Notes under the pieces: model-generated
Database searches by the model: none
Seen by the model: the letters and a program-made list of their open reading frames with translations, nothing else
What the model was told of the DNA's origin: nothing
Position numbers and translations under genes: made by a program
NCBI GenBank assembly: GCA_965287045.1
Contig: OZ336881.1
Coordinates: 54,498,001 to 54,562,000, forward strand
DNA from: Carcharhinus amblyrhynchos
Lineage: Eukaryota
Direction: 5' to 3'
DNA length: 64,000 bases
Shown: positions 50,605-63,046 of the stretch, in pieces
How the letters are laid out: the number at the start of each line of letters is the position of its first letter
Position numbering within the stretch: the first letter of the stretch is position 1

Positions 50605-50902
50605 TCATAGAATCACAGAATCCCTGCAGTGCAGGGGGAGGCCATTTGGCCCACAGGGTCTGCACAGACTCTTTGACAGAGCATTTTACCCACATGTCTG
50701 CCCTATCCCCGAAACCCTGTGCATTTACCAAGGCCAATCCACTACCCCTTACATCTTTGGACTATGGGAAGAAACAGAAATACCCGGAGAAAATCCATGC
50801 AGACAAGGGGAAAATCTCCATACAGACAGCTATCCAAGGTTGGAGTCAAACCTGGGTCCCTGGAGCTGTGAGGCAGCAGTACCAACACTGTGCCACCGTG
50901 CT
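50605..50902 (-). mobile_element. HE1-like SINE
   Basis: catagaatcacagaatccctgcagtgcag...actgtgccaccgtgc. Confidence 0.8.
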
Positions 50903-52219
50903 TTCCTTCACTTACCTGCAGCCCCTCTGATGCCCAGCGCTCGTTGAGTGCATGAGTGCTGCGGCATGATTTTCTCTTTAATTTTTCTCTCAGTTTAGCA
51001 GTGAATAAAATGCCTGATTTTGATATATATCATCCTCTTCGCAGCATGACTATGCTTGGAACTCAGCATGTGGTCCATGGAACACCGCACAATACAGTGG
51101 CAGTGTCTCCACCACGTGATATAGCACATTGGACACACCACTATAACAGCAAACTTCCTTTAACCCGTTCAAGGTGAATGCACACTTTTGTGCACCACGT
51201 CCAAACATAAAATTACAACTTCCTGTTTTTTCCGATGAAATAAACCAGGATAAAACTCAAAATTCCAAAGCAGGGATTGAGATTAACAGCAGGCAGTTCC
51301 AAAATAATAGCATGGTTGCTAACATTCAGCATAATAGAACTAGCTGCAAAACAATGTCACTACATAGGTAACCAATTTGCTGATCATGTAGGGAGGAGTC
51401 TGATGTTTGCAGTAAATCCAAACATTGGAACATAGGAATTACTGGATGTAAAAGACCGAAATCCATCTGGTTCAAATCCTATTATCTCAATAGTTGTCCA
51501 ATACAACAAATTAAAATCTTTGACTTATCAAGGCAAATAATCTCTATCAATCAATCTGCTATGGACCCAGGCAAGAGGGGAGGGAAATCAGTAATGGTAG
51601 AACATTTTGTGAGTCATTGATCAAGAGTTACCTGTTTCTCCTAAGCTGCATGACTGTATGTCTCAATTCACTCATCTGACAAATGCCAAAATATTGGATA
51701 GAAATCCACCCAATTCACCTTTGAATGAAGACGTTAATTATGAAAGATGAACTGTAATGGTAACATTTCCCCCCCCCATGTACTTATAACTAGTTTCAGA
51801 AGCACAACAACACAACCAGAGAGCATGGAAATTAATAATGTTGTATGTGGTGATAGAATTATTGTTTTGTGTTTGGTTGGTCACCAGATACAATGAATTA
51901 GTGGCTCATCTAACTAAAAGTTGTTCTTGTACACTCTGCCCGAGGAGAATGGTGCAAAATTGTGAAAGGATTTGCAGGGTGATTAACCGTCACAAGAGGC
52001 CCCAAGTAGTCTCCTAGAAGCTTCCTTTATACCAGCTGATATGAGGACTTAGCCCATGAGGCAGGAGGGCTTCATGGACCCCCTAGGCCCATTTGATCTG
52101 GGAGGGCTTTACATCCACCAGACCGATACATCACATTGGACATTAACCTTAGAATTCAGAGCTGATGTTTGAGCTACTACCTCCGGGAGGAAAGAGCAAA
52201 CACTGCATCTTCTGACGAA

Positions 52220-52499
52220 GTAAAGTTTATTTATTAGTCACAAGTAAGGCTTACATTAACACTGCAATGAAGTTACCATGAAATTCCCTTAGTCGCCACG
52301 GTCCAGCGCTGTTCGGGTCAATGTCCCTAACCAACACGTCTTTTGGATTGTGGGAGGAAACCGGAGCACCCGGAGGAAACCTGTGCAGACATGGAGAGAA
52401 CATCCAAACTCCACACAGAAAGTGACCCAAGTTGGGATTCGAACACAGGCCCCATGGCACTGTGAGGCAGCAGTGCTAACCACTGTGCCACCATGCCGC
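52220..52499 (-). mobile_element. V-SINE, B tail
   Basis: taaagtttatttattagtcacaagtaaggc...ccactgtgccaccatgccgc. Confidence 0.85.
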
Positions 52500-53375
52500 T
52501 CATAAGAGGCAAGAAGCTAAAGGCATTCAGCTGGAAGTGGAGGTATTTCACTTTTACTTATGATCCGCCTAAACTCTAATTATCTGCGAAAAAGAAACAA
52601 AATATAATTTTAAGCAGAAAAGGACTAATTCAGTAGTGAATGTTGAAGTTCCACCCTGAAAGGGTTAAGTGTGCGTCCCTCTGTATTGGAAACAAAAAGT
52701 AGCTTTAAATTTCAATTTAGTAAAAACAAGCCAAACCATCTGTCAGCCAAAGGTGTTGCCATGGTGACCTCTTTATCCAAAAACATATTTCATGGAGGTT
52801 GGATAAACTTGCAATCCTGGCCACTTGCAGCTGTTTTTATTGGCCAGTTTCTTTTGAGGTCACCTGGACTCTGTTGATGATGGAAAACGATCCAGAATGT
52901 AGGCAATGCCAAGATTTGTGTGGAAGCATTTCAAAGCCCACATTTGAAAAGATTGCTGCTGATGGGGCTCCCATTGTCTGGCTACCAGCATCTACAGCCA
53001 GGAGCAAAAAAAATTATTCCATCAATGTAAAGAATGACTCCAATCCAAGTCTTATATTCCTGACCTGGACTAAAACCAGAACATAGGAGCAGGGGTAGGG
53101 CAATCAGTTCCTCAACTCTGATTCATTATTCAATTAGATCATGGCTGATCTGTATCTTCCTCATTTATCCCCAACTCCATTTGTTTCTTCTCCCGTAATA
53201 CAGTTCGGCCATAGATATTCCTGAAGAATTCTTTCAATCCCATATTTGAGAATTTCAGTTGGCCTAGTCTTAGTAGCTTTTAGGAGGAAACAGATCCAGC
53301 AAATACTCCGTGCCCACCCCAACCCCCAACCCTCCACCCCCACTTCTCCTGTCAGCATTGCAGACTCATTCAATA

Positions 53376-53682
53376 AAAGTAAAGTTTATTTATTAGTCAC
53401 AAGTAGGCTTACATTAACACTGCAATGAAGTTACTGTGAAAATCCCCTAATCGCCACACTCCAGTGCCTGTTCAGATATCCTGAGGGAAAATTTAGCACA
53501 GCCAATCAGCACTTAACCTAACCAGCACTTCGTTCGGACTGTAGGAAGAAACCAGAACATCCAGGGGAAACCCATGCAGACACAAGGAAAACATGCAGAC
53601 TCCACACAGACAGTGGCCCAAGCTGGGAATCAAACTTGGGTCCCTGGCGCTGTAAGTGCTAACCACTGTGCCACCATGCCAC
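53376..53682 (-). mobile_element. V-SINE, B tail (preceded by a CR1 tail at ~53079-53300)
   Basis: Same B-tail signature in reverse orientation. Confidence 0.85.
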
Positions 53683-54389
53683 CTCAGCAGTGGTAGGGCA
53701 GCACGGTGGCACTGGTCATTTATTTTACTCTACAGTGTAGTATCCATTCAGTTTGATTGGGGCAACATAATGACTGTCAACTCATTAAGGGATATCATTC
53801 AGAGACCGTGGTAAAAATGATGACACTGGTTTCATCTGTTCTCTTATCTCTAATTTAAAATATTCAAGATTCAACAATTCACAGATCAGCTTCATGCATG
53901 TGATGGAAAGTTGGATCTTGTGACTTTTACTCCTGAGAAAGGGCCATTTTTCTGCTTTTGTCACATGCGGTGCATTATATACTTCCAGGTCAAGTGCAAA
54001 ACTGCTATTAAATGAAGTGTATCAAAATTGTTGTTTCACCTAAGTGCCCCAATTTGCTCCAAAATATAGTGCACCTCTGTACATGCATATTGGTAGGATG
54101 CAAAATGATTTGCAGTGCACAAGTGGAATAAGACATTAGGTTTATTCCAGTGAGTAGATAGGCTGATGTTGTAACATTCCTGGGGCACATTGTCCATGAC
54201 AACTATTGTATTGAAGATGGCAATAGCTACTTAACCATTCAGCTACTTATTAAGGAAATGGCTTTGGGAGGTGTAGCAAGTGCAACAGCCACAACAGTAT
54301 ATAACTGGTAACTGTGATTTTGAAGTCAATTTTTTACATTAAACCAGGGGTAAAAAGTCTGGATACAATGATCCAGATATTCACAGAGA

Positions 54390-55830
54390 AAGACTTGGAA
54401 CAAGATTGCCTCTTCAGAGAAAGAATATTCAGGACTTTCAGTACAACAGAGATGAAAGTTTTAGACAAGGTCAAAGGGCTTAAAACAAATAGATTCACAG
54501 AGATAGTTGATACTTATTTCAGAATGCTGAGAGAAATGAGAGAGAAGATCTGAAAGGCACCAAATATCAGGTAGAGAGAGCGATTGGACACTGAAGACAT
54601 CAGTTCATTGGAAAATACCTATTTTCAAAAGCAGTGGCAAAACAGATGCAGGGAATGATAGTCTATTAATCTTATTTCAATTCTGTGCAAAACAATTATC
54701 AGGAACAGACTTGAGGATTATCTGCGTCCAATTAACAGCAGGAAACATAGCAGGATCCTGCCTGATTGAATCCCTTGATTTCTTTTCAAAGTGACAACCT
54801 CCAAATGAATTTTTATGAATGCCAAAAGGTCATTGATAAATCTCGTGGTAATTAAACTCTATGCAGTGAGGATTTAGGGGAAATCGTGAGTGTAGAGGAG
54901 AAATCAGATGAGGAATGGAAATGTTTAAGTATTATTTAAAGGGGTCCTATCAGGGTAATAGGGGTACGCATTAAGTGGAGAGTCTCAAGGCTCAGCAGTG
55001 GGGTTAGGGCTGTTCTTAATGCACACCAATGACTTGAATTCAGAAATTCTACTATAAGCTGGTCAAGCTTCAAGACAATACCAAAATAAGAAGGGAAGTG
55101 GAATCAGTGATGAAACCCAGAAACTTTGGGATGAGTTAAACAAACTAACATGGATAGATTAAACAAAAACAGATAAAATGTAATGGAGACAAATACAAAA
55201 TGTTGCACAGAAGGAGGAAAATAGATGATTTACATTCATCAATGGTGTGTAAGTAGCTGAGGATGAAACTGAAAGAAACCCAAGTATTAGTAGATTTAGT
55301 GTTCAATTTGAACAGAGTAAAAATTCACAAAAGTCAAGCTGGAAATCAACTGACACACCCTAGACAATAGAATAGAAATCAGAAGAAGTCACTATCAAAC
55401 CATACAGCTTTGTGGTCAGATCATATCTTGAGTACGGTCATCAATACTGATAAATGAGGAAGATATTGATTGGTATTTTCCAGCTACACTTGCCCCAAAA
55501 CCGGAAAATCCTGCCCAAGGTCAACGGATCTTTGCATGGTCCACCCCCCACCCGCTATAACTCCCATGGCTGTCGGGATGGGAAAGTTCCTCCCATTGAA
55601 TTCCTGAAAAGCAACAAAGAGCCAGCAGGCTGATCTGTAGCCTCATGGATCTGAGCTACGTAGTAAAATTGACGACACTGGGGCTTTTCTGCCTAAAAGG
55701 GAGGCATTTGAAGGGGAATATTATAGAGATATGTATGAGAGCAGAGAAAGATTATTTTGAAATACTAGTTTAAAGTAAATGGTGGGAATAGCACACGTGT
55801 TCAAACCAATTCAAGGGTAACGAACATCTT
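54390..55830 (+). mobile_element. Highly decayed CR1-like LINE with a nested small MITE (55468-55594, ATT TSD)
   Basis: Remnant RT-like motifs: acctattttcaaaa...gtctattaatctta, ggagagtctcaaggctcagcagtggg (G.PQGS), ggtcagatcatatcttgagtac (VR.HLEY). Confidence 0.5.
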
Positions 55831-57127
55831 GAAATGGGATTCTGGTGGAGGAATGTAAAAAGAAACCTTGGAATGATTTGAGAAATAACCAGATGCAGCC
55901 ACTGGGAAGGTATGGTAGTCCAGAATGGATTGAATTAAAAAAGGTAGAATGGTCTTCCTCATCTGGAAGTAAATTGTAATCTTTTTCTAACATCATCTTC
56001 AGAGCAGCACCTCCTGTGCTACCAGTGATAAACACCTTTGTTGCAAGATTGCATAATTCTTGATTCGGAATGAAGCTGGCAATTCAGCATTGTGTTGTGC
56101 TGGAGTGTGGGAAGTTCTTTTCATGTGTACTTTTTGAGAAGTATGTTGAGACTGCACAAACATAGTTTAGTTTAGCAATGACAGTAGTCAAGCATGGGGT
56201 TGTATTTACTCTCAATTTCCTCCTATTCCCTTCCCTCAAAAAGGCATTGGCTCCCTACTGTGTACAGTTCTATGAATTCCAATCATCTTTCAATAACGTA
56301 CCCCAAATGATTGTTATTTATGTATTACCTTTGACATTGAGTGTTAAGGGCTTAGTGAACATCAGAGGTGTCATAACCAAGCCTGATCCTGTCCTCAGCT
56401 AATATTTACAACTAATATTTACAAACACACACATAGGGGCCACTGGATAATTTGTGAGCCCTAGTTTACCTAACCCATGGGTGTCAATACTAACTCTACT
56501 ACCTTTACCCTCATCTCAGCAGAGAACAGGTCATTCAGAATGCACCTGCCACAATTTTACTGGCACACCTTGCCCCAGAATCAGGGCGGATGAGACTCAC
56601 AGAATGGCTTTCTCCTTTGGCCTTGGAAGGGACCTTATGAGCCTTGGGCAAGGGAGGTGGTAAAATTCCGGCAATCAGGTCTGGGACTTTCCAAGCCTGA
56701 ACTGCTTAGCTTCTCGATGTACTTGCTGAACCTCTGGGAAGCCGGTCGGCCTGATTTTGAACTCCAGAGCCAGAGGAATAACATGATGAATGAATGCAGC
56801 ATCCAACCCCAAAGAGTAGCTGACTTTAAAAAAAATGTTTACAGACATCTGCTATTACTGGAGCTGTTTAGATCTCTAATGCATGTATCCTTTGAAAATT
56901 GCCAGGAGATTTTAATGATTAAATAATTCAAGTACTGCAGTGATCATTACAAATCAGCACTAATCAGATGGTGGGACACGTTTGGCTCACAGGGAAACTT
57001 TTCCGCATCCACATATTGAAGTCTTTTCTAAAAGGAAATGGAATTAAATTGCAAGACTGACTGGAAGAAGCCATGAAACTAATGCTATGAATTTTAATTC
57101 AAACCATTTCATAAAGGGAAAAGAGAA

Positions 57128-57449
57128 CGTAGAATCCTGCAGTGCAGAAGGAGGCCATTCGGCCCATTGAGTCTACACCGAACACAATCCCACCCAGGCA
57201 CTATCCCCATAACCCCATGTATTCACCCTGGCTAGCCTCTCTGACATTAAGGGGCAACTTAGCGTGGCCAATCTACCTAACCCATACATCTTTGGACTGT
57301 GGGAGGAAACTGGAGCACATGGAGGAAACCCATGCAGACACAGGGAGAATGTGCAGACTCCACACAGACACTAACCCAAGGTGGAAATCAAACCCAGGAT
57401 CTTGGCGCTTTGAGTCAACAGTGCTAACCACTGTGTCACCGTGCCACCC
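57128..57449 (-). mobile_element. HE1-like V-SINE
   Basis: Full-length reverse copy. Confidence 0.85.
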
Positions 57450-57982
57450 TGAACATATGTATGTAGGATGATACATGGTTGTAACAAGGTAGTTATTTAA
57501 TTAAAGAACCCAGATAACAGCATAAGTGGCAAGAACACTTCAGGCCCTTGAGGTGCTCAGGGACCTCAGCTGAACCCCTGAGGTTAGGTTACAGCCTTTT
57601 ACGTCATTTCAACCATACCATTTGATACATAATATTTTCTTTAATGCTCTTATGCTAATGCCTGATACCTTGCAGAATGTGGATAAATTTGGTGGAAGTT
57701 TTTTGTGTCTCTACTGTTAAAGTAAATTATTCATTTGCCAGTTTCATCAAAGCAAATGTTTTATTAATATCCTCGTTAGTTATTATGGTACATTGTCTAC
57801 AGAATCTAGCTGAGTGTGCCCCAGAAGGGCAATATAAGAGAGTCATTTACAAATTCTAAAGCAAAATTGTGTGGAATAGAGTGTGTCAGCACTTCCGTTA
57901 CAGTGTTATCATAGTAACACTTCATCTTACAGCTCCAAAGAGCAGACAAATAGAACGCTTACCCTACATAGAAACCTGAAGC

Positions 57983-58079
57983 AGAAACAGAAAATGCTGG
58001 AAAATCCCAGCAGGTCTGACAGCATCCACGGGGAGAGAATAGAACCAACGTTTTGAATCTAGATGATCCTTTGTCAGAG
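57983..58079 (-). mobile_element. 97-bp Penelope-derived insert with decayed hammerhead and 16-bp TSD
   Basis: CATAGAAACCTGAAGC at 57967-57982 and 58080-58095; the minus strand reads CTGACAA-a-ggatc/atcta/gattc-AAAA-cgttgg. Confidence 0.75.
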
Positions 58080-58362
58080 CATAGAAACCTGAAGCTTTGT
58101 TACCCTCTGAAACAAGTTGTTATTGAATAATGCCAGGTTTAGGGAATGTGGAAAATATCATAATTTAATGATTTACACTTAAACTAATTGCTTATGAAAC
58201 CTTGGAGCAGGGGTCATAGACTTCATTATATTTATATGGGACTGTCTGGGAACACTGACTGAATCTATTAATTTACACTCTGGCTTCAGCTGTTTTTACT
58301 ACTATGCTTGCTGATCTTGGCTGATACACTGACTTGTCATTGCTCTGTACATTTCCATGTAG

Positions 58363-58526
58363 ATGTCATCCCATCCCAACAATATAACCCATACTTCAGA
58401 CGTGTGTACTTAGACGTCACTTCAATGGAGAAAAATGTTTCGAACCTGGTGAAGGCAGAGTTCAGAGTGTTTCGTTTACAGAACCCAAAGGCAAAAGTAG
58501 AGGAACAACGGATAGAACTTTATCAG
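58363..58526 (+). CDS. TGFB2: TGFB2 coding exon 2 (LAP)
   Basis: Acceptor tttccatgtag, donor gtagtt; (N)[54 protein letters not shown]; 164 nt, phase 1 to 0, in frame with exon 1. Confidence 0.96.
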
Positions 58527-58654
58527 GTAGTTTTTCATTTTTCAAAAAGGGTTATTATATTTAATGTTCTTTTTATTTGCTGATAGCTTTAATGTTCAGT
58601 AATTGCTGGACATGGGTATAATGAACCATTTCATTTATTATATAATCTTTAAGA

Positions 58655-58988
58655 GCGATGTGGCAGCACAGTAGTAAGCACTGCTGCCTCGCAGTGCCAG
58701 GGACCCGGGTTCGTTTCTGGCGTTGGGTCACAGTCTGTGTGGAATCTGCATATTCTCTCCGTGTTTGCGTGTGTTTCCTCCGGGTGCTCCGATTTTCTCC
58801 CACAGTCCAAAGATGTGTGGGTTAGATTGATTGGCCATGTTAAATTGACCCTAGTGTCACGGGATTAACAGGTAAATATATGGGGTTACGGGAATGGGGC
58901 CTGGGTGGGATTGTGGTCAGTACAGACTTGATGGGCCAAATGGCCTCCTTCTGCACTGTAGGGACTCGATGATTAATGGATTCTATGA
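58655..58988 (+). mobile_element. HE1-like V-SINE
   Basis: Head gggacccgggttcg, core and CR1-type tail. Confidence 0.85.
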
Positions 58989-59757
58989 TGTAAGTGTTTA
59001 CATAAGGGGAGGGCTCTTAATCGAGGAACACTGTGCTTTGCAAACATGCATGTCAAATATTGAAATTTCATGTTTAAGTGTTATAGGTATTTTGGCACAA
59101 TCATCCCAGAACATCCTAGCAGCGCTAAAAATATACACCACGTGCAGAGTTTGGGAGAACACGGGGATCCCAAGATTGTTCAGCACAACCTTTGGTAGCT
59201 GACGGGAGAAGGGATTAGCATGGACTCGACATTTCTTTTCAATTAATGATCCAGGTTCTACGAGCTTAGAATTCATAGCATTTTCAGCATTTCAGTGCTG
59301 GTTCTGTTTTCATGATCTGCTGTTCTTGTGGGAAAAGTCATCCTGGTGTTAATGTGAGTCAGCAATCTACTGTGTTATGCTCAAACATGAAGAGACAGTT
59401 GTAACTTGGCATTGCTTAAAATACTTGTAACCTTTCAAGAATCAGTTAGTTCTGTCTTCAAAGGCTGAAGTAGCTTCCAGTTCAAAATAAAGGAACAGAA
59501 TGAGAAAAACTGAAATATTTGTTGGAGGGTGGGGGGAGAGGGGGAGACTTTGCTCCCAGAGCTAAGTAAGTATCTATATGTCCCATCACAAAATCTTTTG
59601 TTTCACCAATATACAAAATGTATTTCTGTGTTCTTCGGTTTTTCTCGACACAAGTGGTGAATATATTGGGTAGACCAGCAGCTTAAGTTACGAAAAGCTT
59701 AGGTCTCACAGCATTCTCAGTACGATCCATTGTTTTTATGCATAGACAAAAGTATTT

Positions 59758-60838
59758 GGGGGCGATCTTACTAAAAAAAATTCAAAGGCCCGAACGAGTG
59801 TGAAAATGGGAGAGATTCAGATCCATTTTTCCGGTGAGGCCATAAGTCCAATCTTATGCCACCCTGAGCAAAGAATGAAACACAATGTGTTCCCCACCAC
59901 TAGGGGAAGGGGATGGGGCCTAAGCTCACCTGAAAGCCAGCTGCTCACAGTAGGGTGCACAATCGTGCATGCGCAGATCTCTCTGTTTTGTGCAATGGAA
60001 CAGATATCAGTCAGACATCTTTAAACTACCCACCCCGCCCCCCCACCCCCACCCCTGGATATCAACTGCCTCCTTCCCACCGAATTCACTGGCCTCCTTG
60101 GCTAATTAACCACCCCCGTCCCCCCAACTTCCCTAGATATCACTCCATCCCCTCCACCCACCCTCAGTCGATTGCAGCCTCCCCAGCCCAGTCAATTTCA
60201 CCCTCCCCCCCCGCCCCAACCTGGTCACCTCCTCCACCACCCACCCCCTCTCCCAACCCGGTTGATCGCCAACCCCCGCCATTGACCTGTTACAGATTGT
60301 GCAGCTTCCTCTGCCCATACCAATCCCCATTGCAGAGTATACAGCTTCCCTCTGCCTGCTTCCCCTTAGGCCCTATCTTATCCATCCCACGCCCATCCTC
60401 TTAAGCTCTGACTCCTCAGCCCCCATCCCTTGACACCACCCAGTGCCCATTGGGCATTGCCAAATCCCAGACTGGCACTGCCCAAGGGTTACGGACCCCT
60501 GCCCCAACCTTCTGGGGGGCCTCAATGATCTCCAGTCCGACTGGTGAGGCCATCACGACAGGTCCCCATTGATGGTGACCATACATGATCCCTACTGGTG
60601 AGGACTTTCACCAGTAAGGCCGCCAAGGTATGTGAACCCGGATGGTTGCATCCCAAGCTCGCTAATAATATTTAAATCCAAATTTAAATAGATTTAAATA
60701 ATATTCTGTGGAAAATCCAGGCCAGATAAGATGGCGAGAGGCAAGAAAGTGGGCAGCACCCCAATTTTTGCCTCTCGTGTGATCTTACCAACTCGTTCCA
60801 CCCATCAACCAGCAGAACGAGAAGGTAAGATCATCCCC
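59758..60838. mobile_element. Non-autonomous DNA transposon / large MITE (PIF/Harbinger-like)
   Basis: TIRs GGGGCGATCTTAC / GTAAGATCATCCCC, ttt flanks on both sides, C-rich body, no transposase. Confidence 0.65.
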
Positions 60839-60982
60839 TTTAGGTTTTGTCTTCATGGATAAAGGATCTGAATGATAAAATGTGGCTGCACTAAAGCATT
60901 GTTAAAAATGCTGAAATCAAATGCACTAAAACAAGAACGATTTAAAGATTGTAAAGCAATAATGCTGGCTATAAACCTGTAT

Positions 60983-61061
60983 GATGTAGAGATTTCGGCG
61001 TCGGACTGGGGTAAACACAGTAAGAAGTCTCACAACACTGGTGTTGTGAGACTTCTTACTG
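60983..61061. mobile_element. 79-bp Penelope-derived fold-back insert with 13-bp TSD
   Basis: TATAAACCTGTAT at 60970-60982 and 61062-61074; perfect 22-bp inverted repeat 61017-61062; head shared with 27261. Confidence 0.75.
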
Positions 61062-62459
61062 TATAAACCTGTATCCCAGGTTCTTTCTTGCTCTTGATTT
61101 TAACATGTATTTTCAGCTCGTGGGGCTGTGTCAGCTTTCCTGAGTTTATGAATTTTATTCATTACATTTATTATAAATTCAACATTTCTGAGTTTTCTAG
61201 ATCAGTATCGATGTCCACAGGATGCTGTCATTTAACCAATTTAATATGGTTTCCCTACAGTATTAAACAATTTACTCAGCAGAAAGAACGAGTTACATTA
61301 AGTCTGTTAAATATGATTTACCTATTAGGCTGTAAGCCGTGACGAATATGATATTGAGAGTGTAATTTCTCTATTAGAAGGAGAACTGTAACTGCCCAAG
61401 GGAGAGGAATATTTTGAATGGTTTCTTTATGATACTCTGATCACATTTGAATTTTAGCTACATTAAATTTTCTATGGTTGTAGGTGCTATACTATTATCT
61501 GAAAATAGGCTGTCGGTATTACTCCCACTTTTGGTGTTTCAAGTGAGAATATTAGTATTATGATGGATTTGAATTATGCCCATTTCTGTCGAACATAAAG
61601 CTGAACATATCTGAAATGGTGGTATGTTTTAATGTCATTGATTATATCAGTGTAGCTGTTACACTTGTGTATTATTATTTGTCTGATGAAATTCCCTTGA
61701 AGAGCCTTGTAAAATGTCTTTGTGTTTAAGGTATTGTTGTATGATGTTGTACATGGCTGCATGCCATTGTAAGGTAAAGGTGGTCAGTACAGCAAGGGTT
61801 AACAAGGGACTGGAAAATAGCACTGCCCATGGTATGATGTATGGAGTCACACAGTAATAGATGGTAATAGACAGGTAGAATAGTCTATAATGAACCAGCC
61901 TGTTTGGAGCAGCACCATGACCGACAGCAGTATCTAGGATCTGTACGTAGTTAATGATTAACGGTAAATAGTTTATGTTTAAAAGTACAAATTTCAGGAT
62001 CTCATAATTGAGACATCAAACGCACCAATAATAAAACATGTTGCTCAGCAGTGACACCATAATACAAAAGGTATTATATAAATGCAAGTTGTTGTTGCTA
62101 CTATCAGCACAAGCCCATTTTCATGGATCAATGCAGAAAATCAAGGAATAAGGAAGCTATAATATCAAATATCAAAGAGCTTTAATCAAACACAAAACAA
62201 GCTACAGTTGGAAGAGCCATCAAAACAACTAAGGGATATGAACAACAATACCATCAACAACTTGACTTTATGTAATACCATTAATATAGTTTTTTAAAAA
62301 GCTGCTTTCCAGAAGCATTATTCATACTGAGCTATGTAAGAAGGTGTTCGCAAGTAGGTTTTAAGGTGCATCTTTAAAGAGGGAAGAGAGATTGAGCAGT
62401 GAGATAGAGCAGTGTAGAGAGGGAATTACGGAGTCCAGGGCTGAAGAAGTTGAATGCAC

Positions 62460-62928
62460 AGTTGATGCTACCAGGACTTGATGGTTTGAGTTGTAGGGAA
62501 AGTCAGGATAGACTGGGACTTTTTTCCCTGGAGCTTAGAAGACTTAGGAGTGATCTTATAGAGGTCATTGAAATAATGAGGGGCAAAGATCAGCTAGATA
62601 GTCAACATCTTTTCCCAAAGGTAGGGAGTCTAAAACTAGAGCGCGTAGGTTTAAGGTGAGAGAGGAGAGATACAAAAGCGTCCAGAAGGGCAATTTTTTC
62701 ACACAGAGGGTTACGAATGTCCAGAATGAGTTGCCAGAGGTAGTAGTAGGGATAGGTACAATTTTGTCTTTTAAAAAGCATTTAGACAGTAACATGGGTA
62801 AGGTTGGTATGAAGGGATACGGGCCAAAGGTGGGCAATTGGGACCAGCTTAAAGGTAAAAACTGGGCGGCGTGGACAACTTGGACTGAAGGGCCTGTTTC
62901 CATGCTGTAAACCTCTATGACTTTATGA
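62460..62928 (+). mobile_element. CR1 3' fragment (different subfamily)
   Basis: RLGLFSLELRRLRSDLIEV..., NFFTQRVTNVQNELPE..., tail ctctatgactttatgact. Confidence 0.85.
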
Positions 62929-63046
62929 CTCCATGCAGAAAGATCAGTGAAAGGAACTTGAAAGGAATGTCAAGGCTAACAGTGAAAGTAGTTCAGAGTA
63001 TACTCAGCAGTGCACATGGGAGCTGGGAGTTGAAAAGAGACATGGA

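Noticed and set aside
32566-58362. Ortholog of the mammalian 84-nt TGFB2 alternative exon between exons 1 and 2
   Set aside because: Candidate acceptors checked by eye (~35288, ~43037) hit in-frame stops. I could not identify it; tblastn or RNA-seq is needed.
59955-60404. 149-aa proline-rich ORF
   Set aside because: Arises from C-rich low-complexity sequence inside the TIR element.
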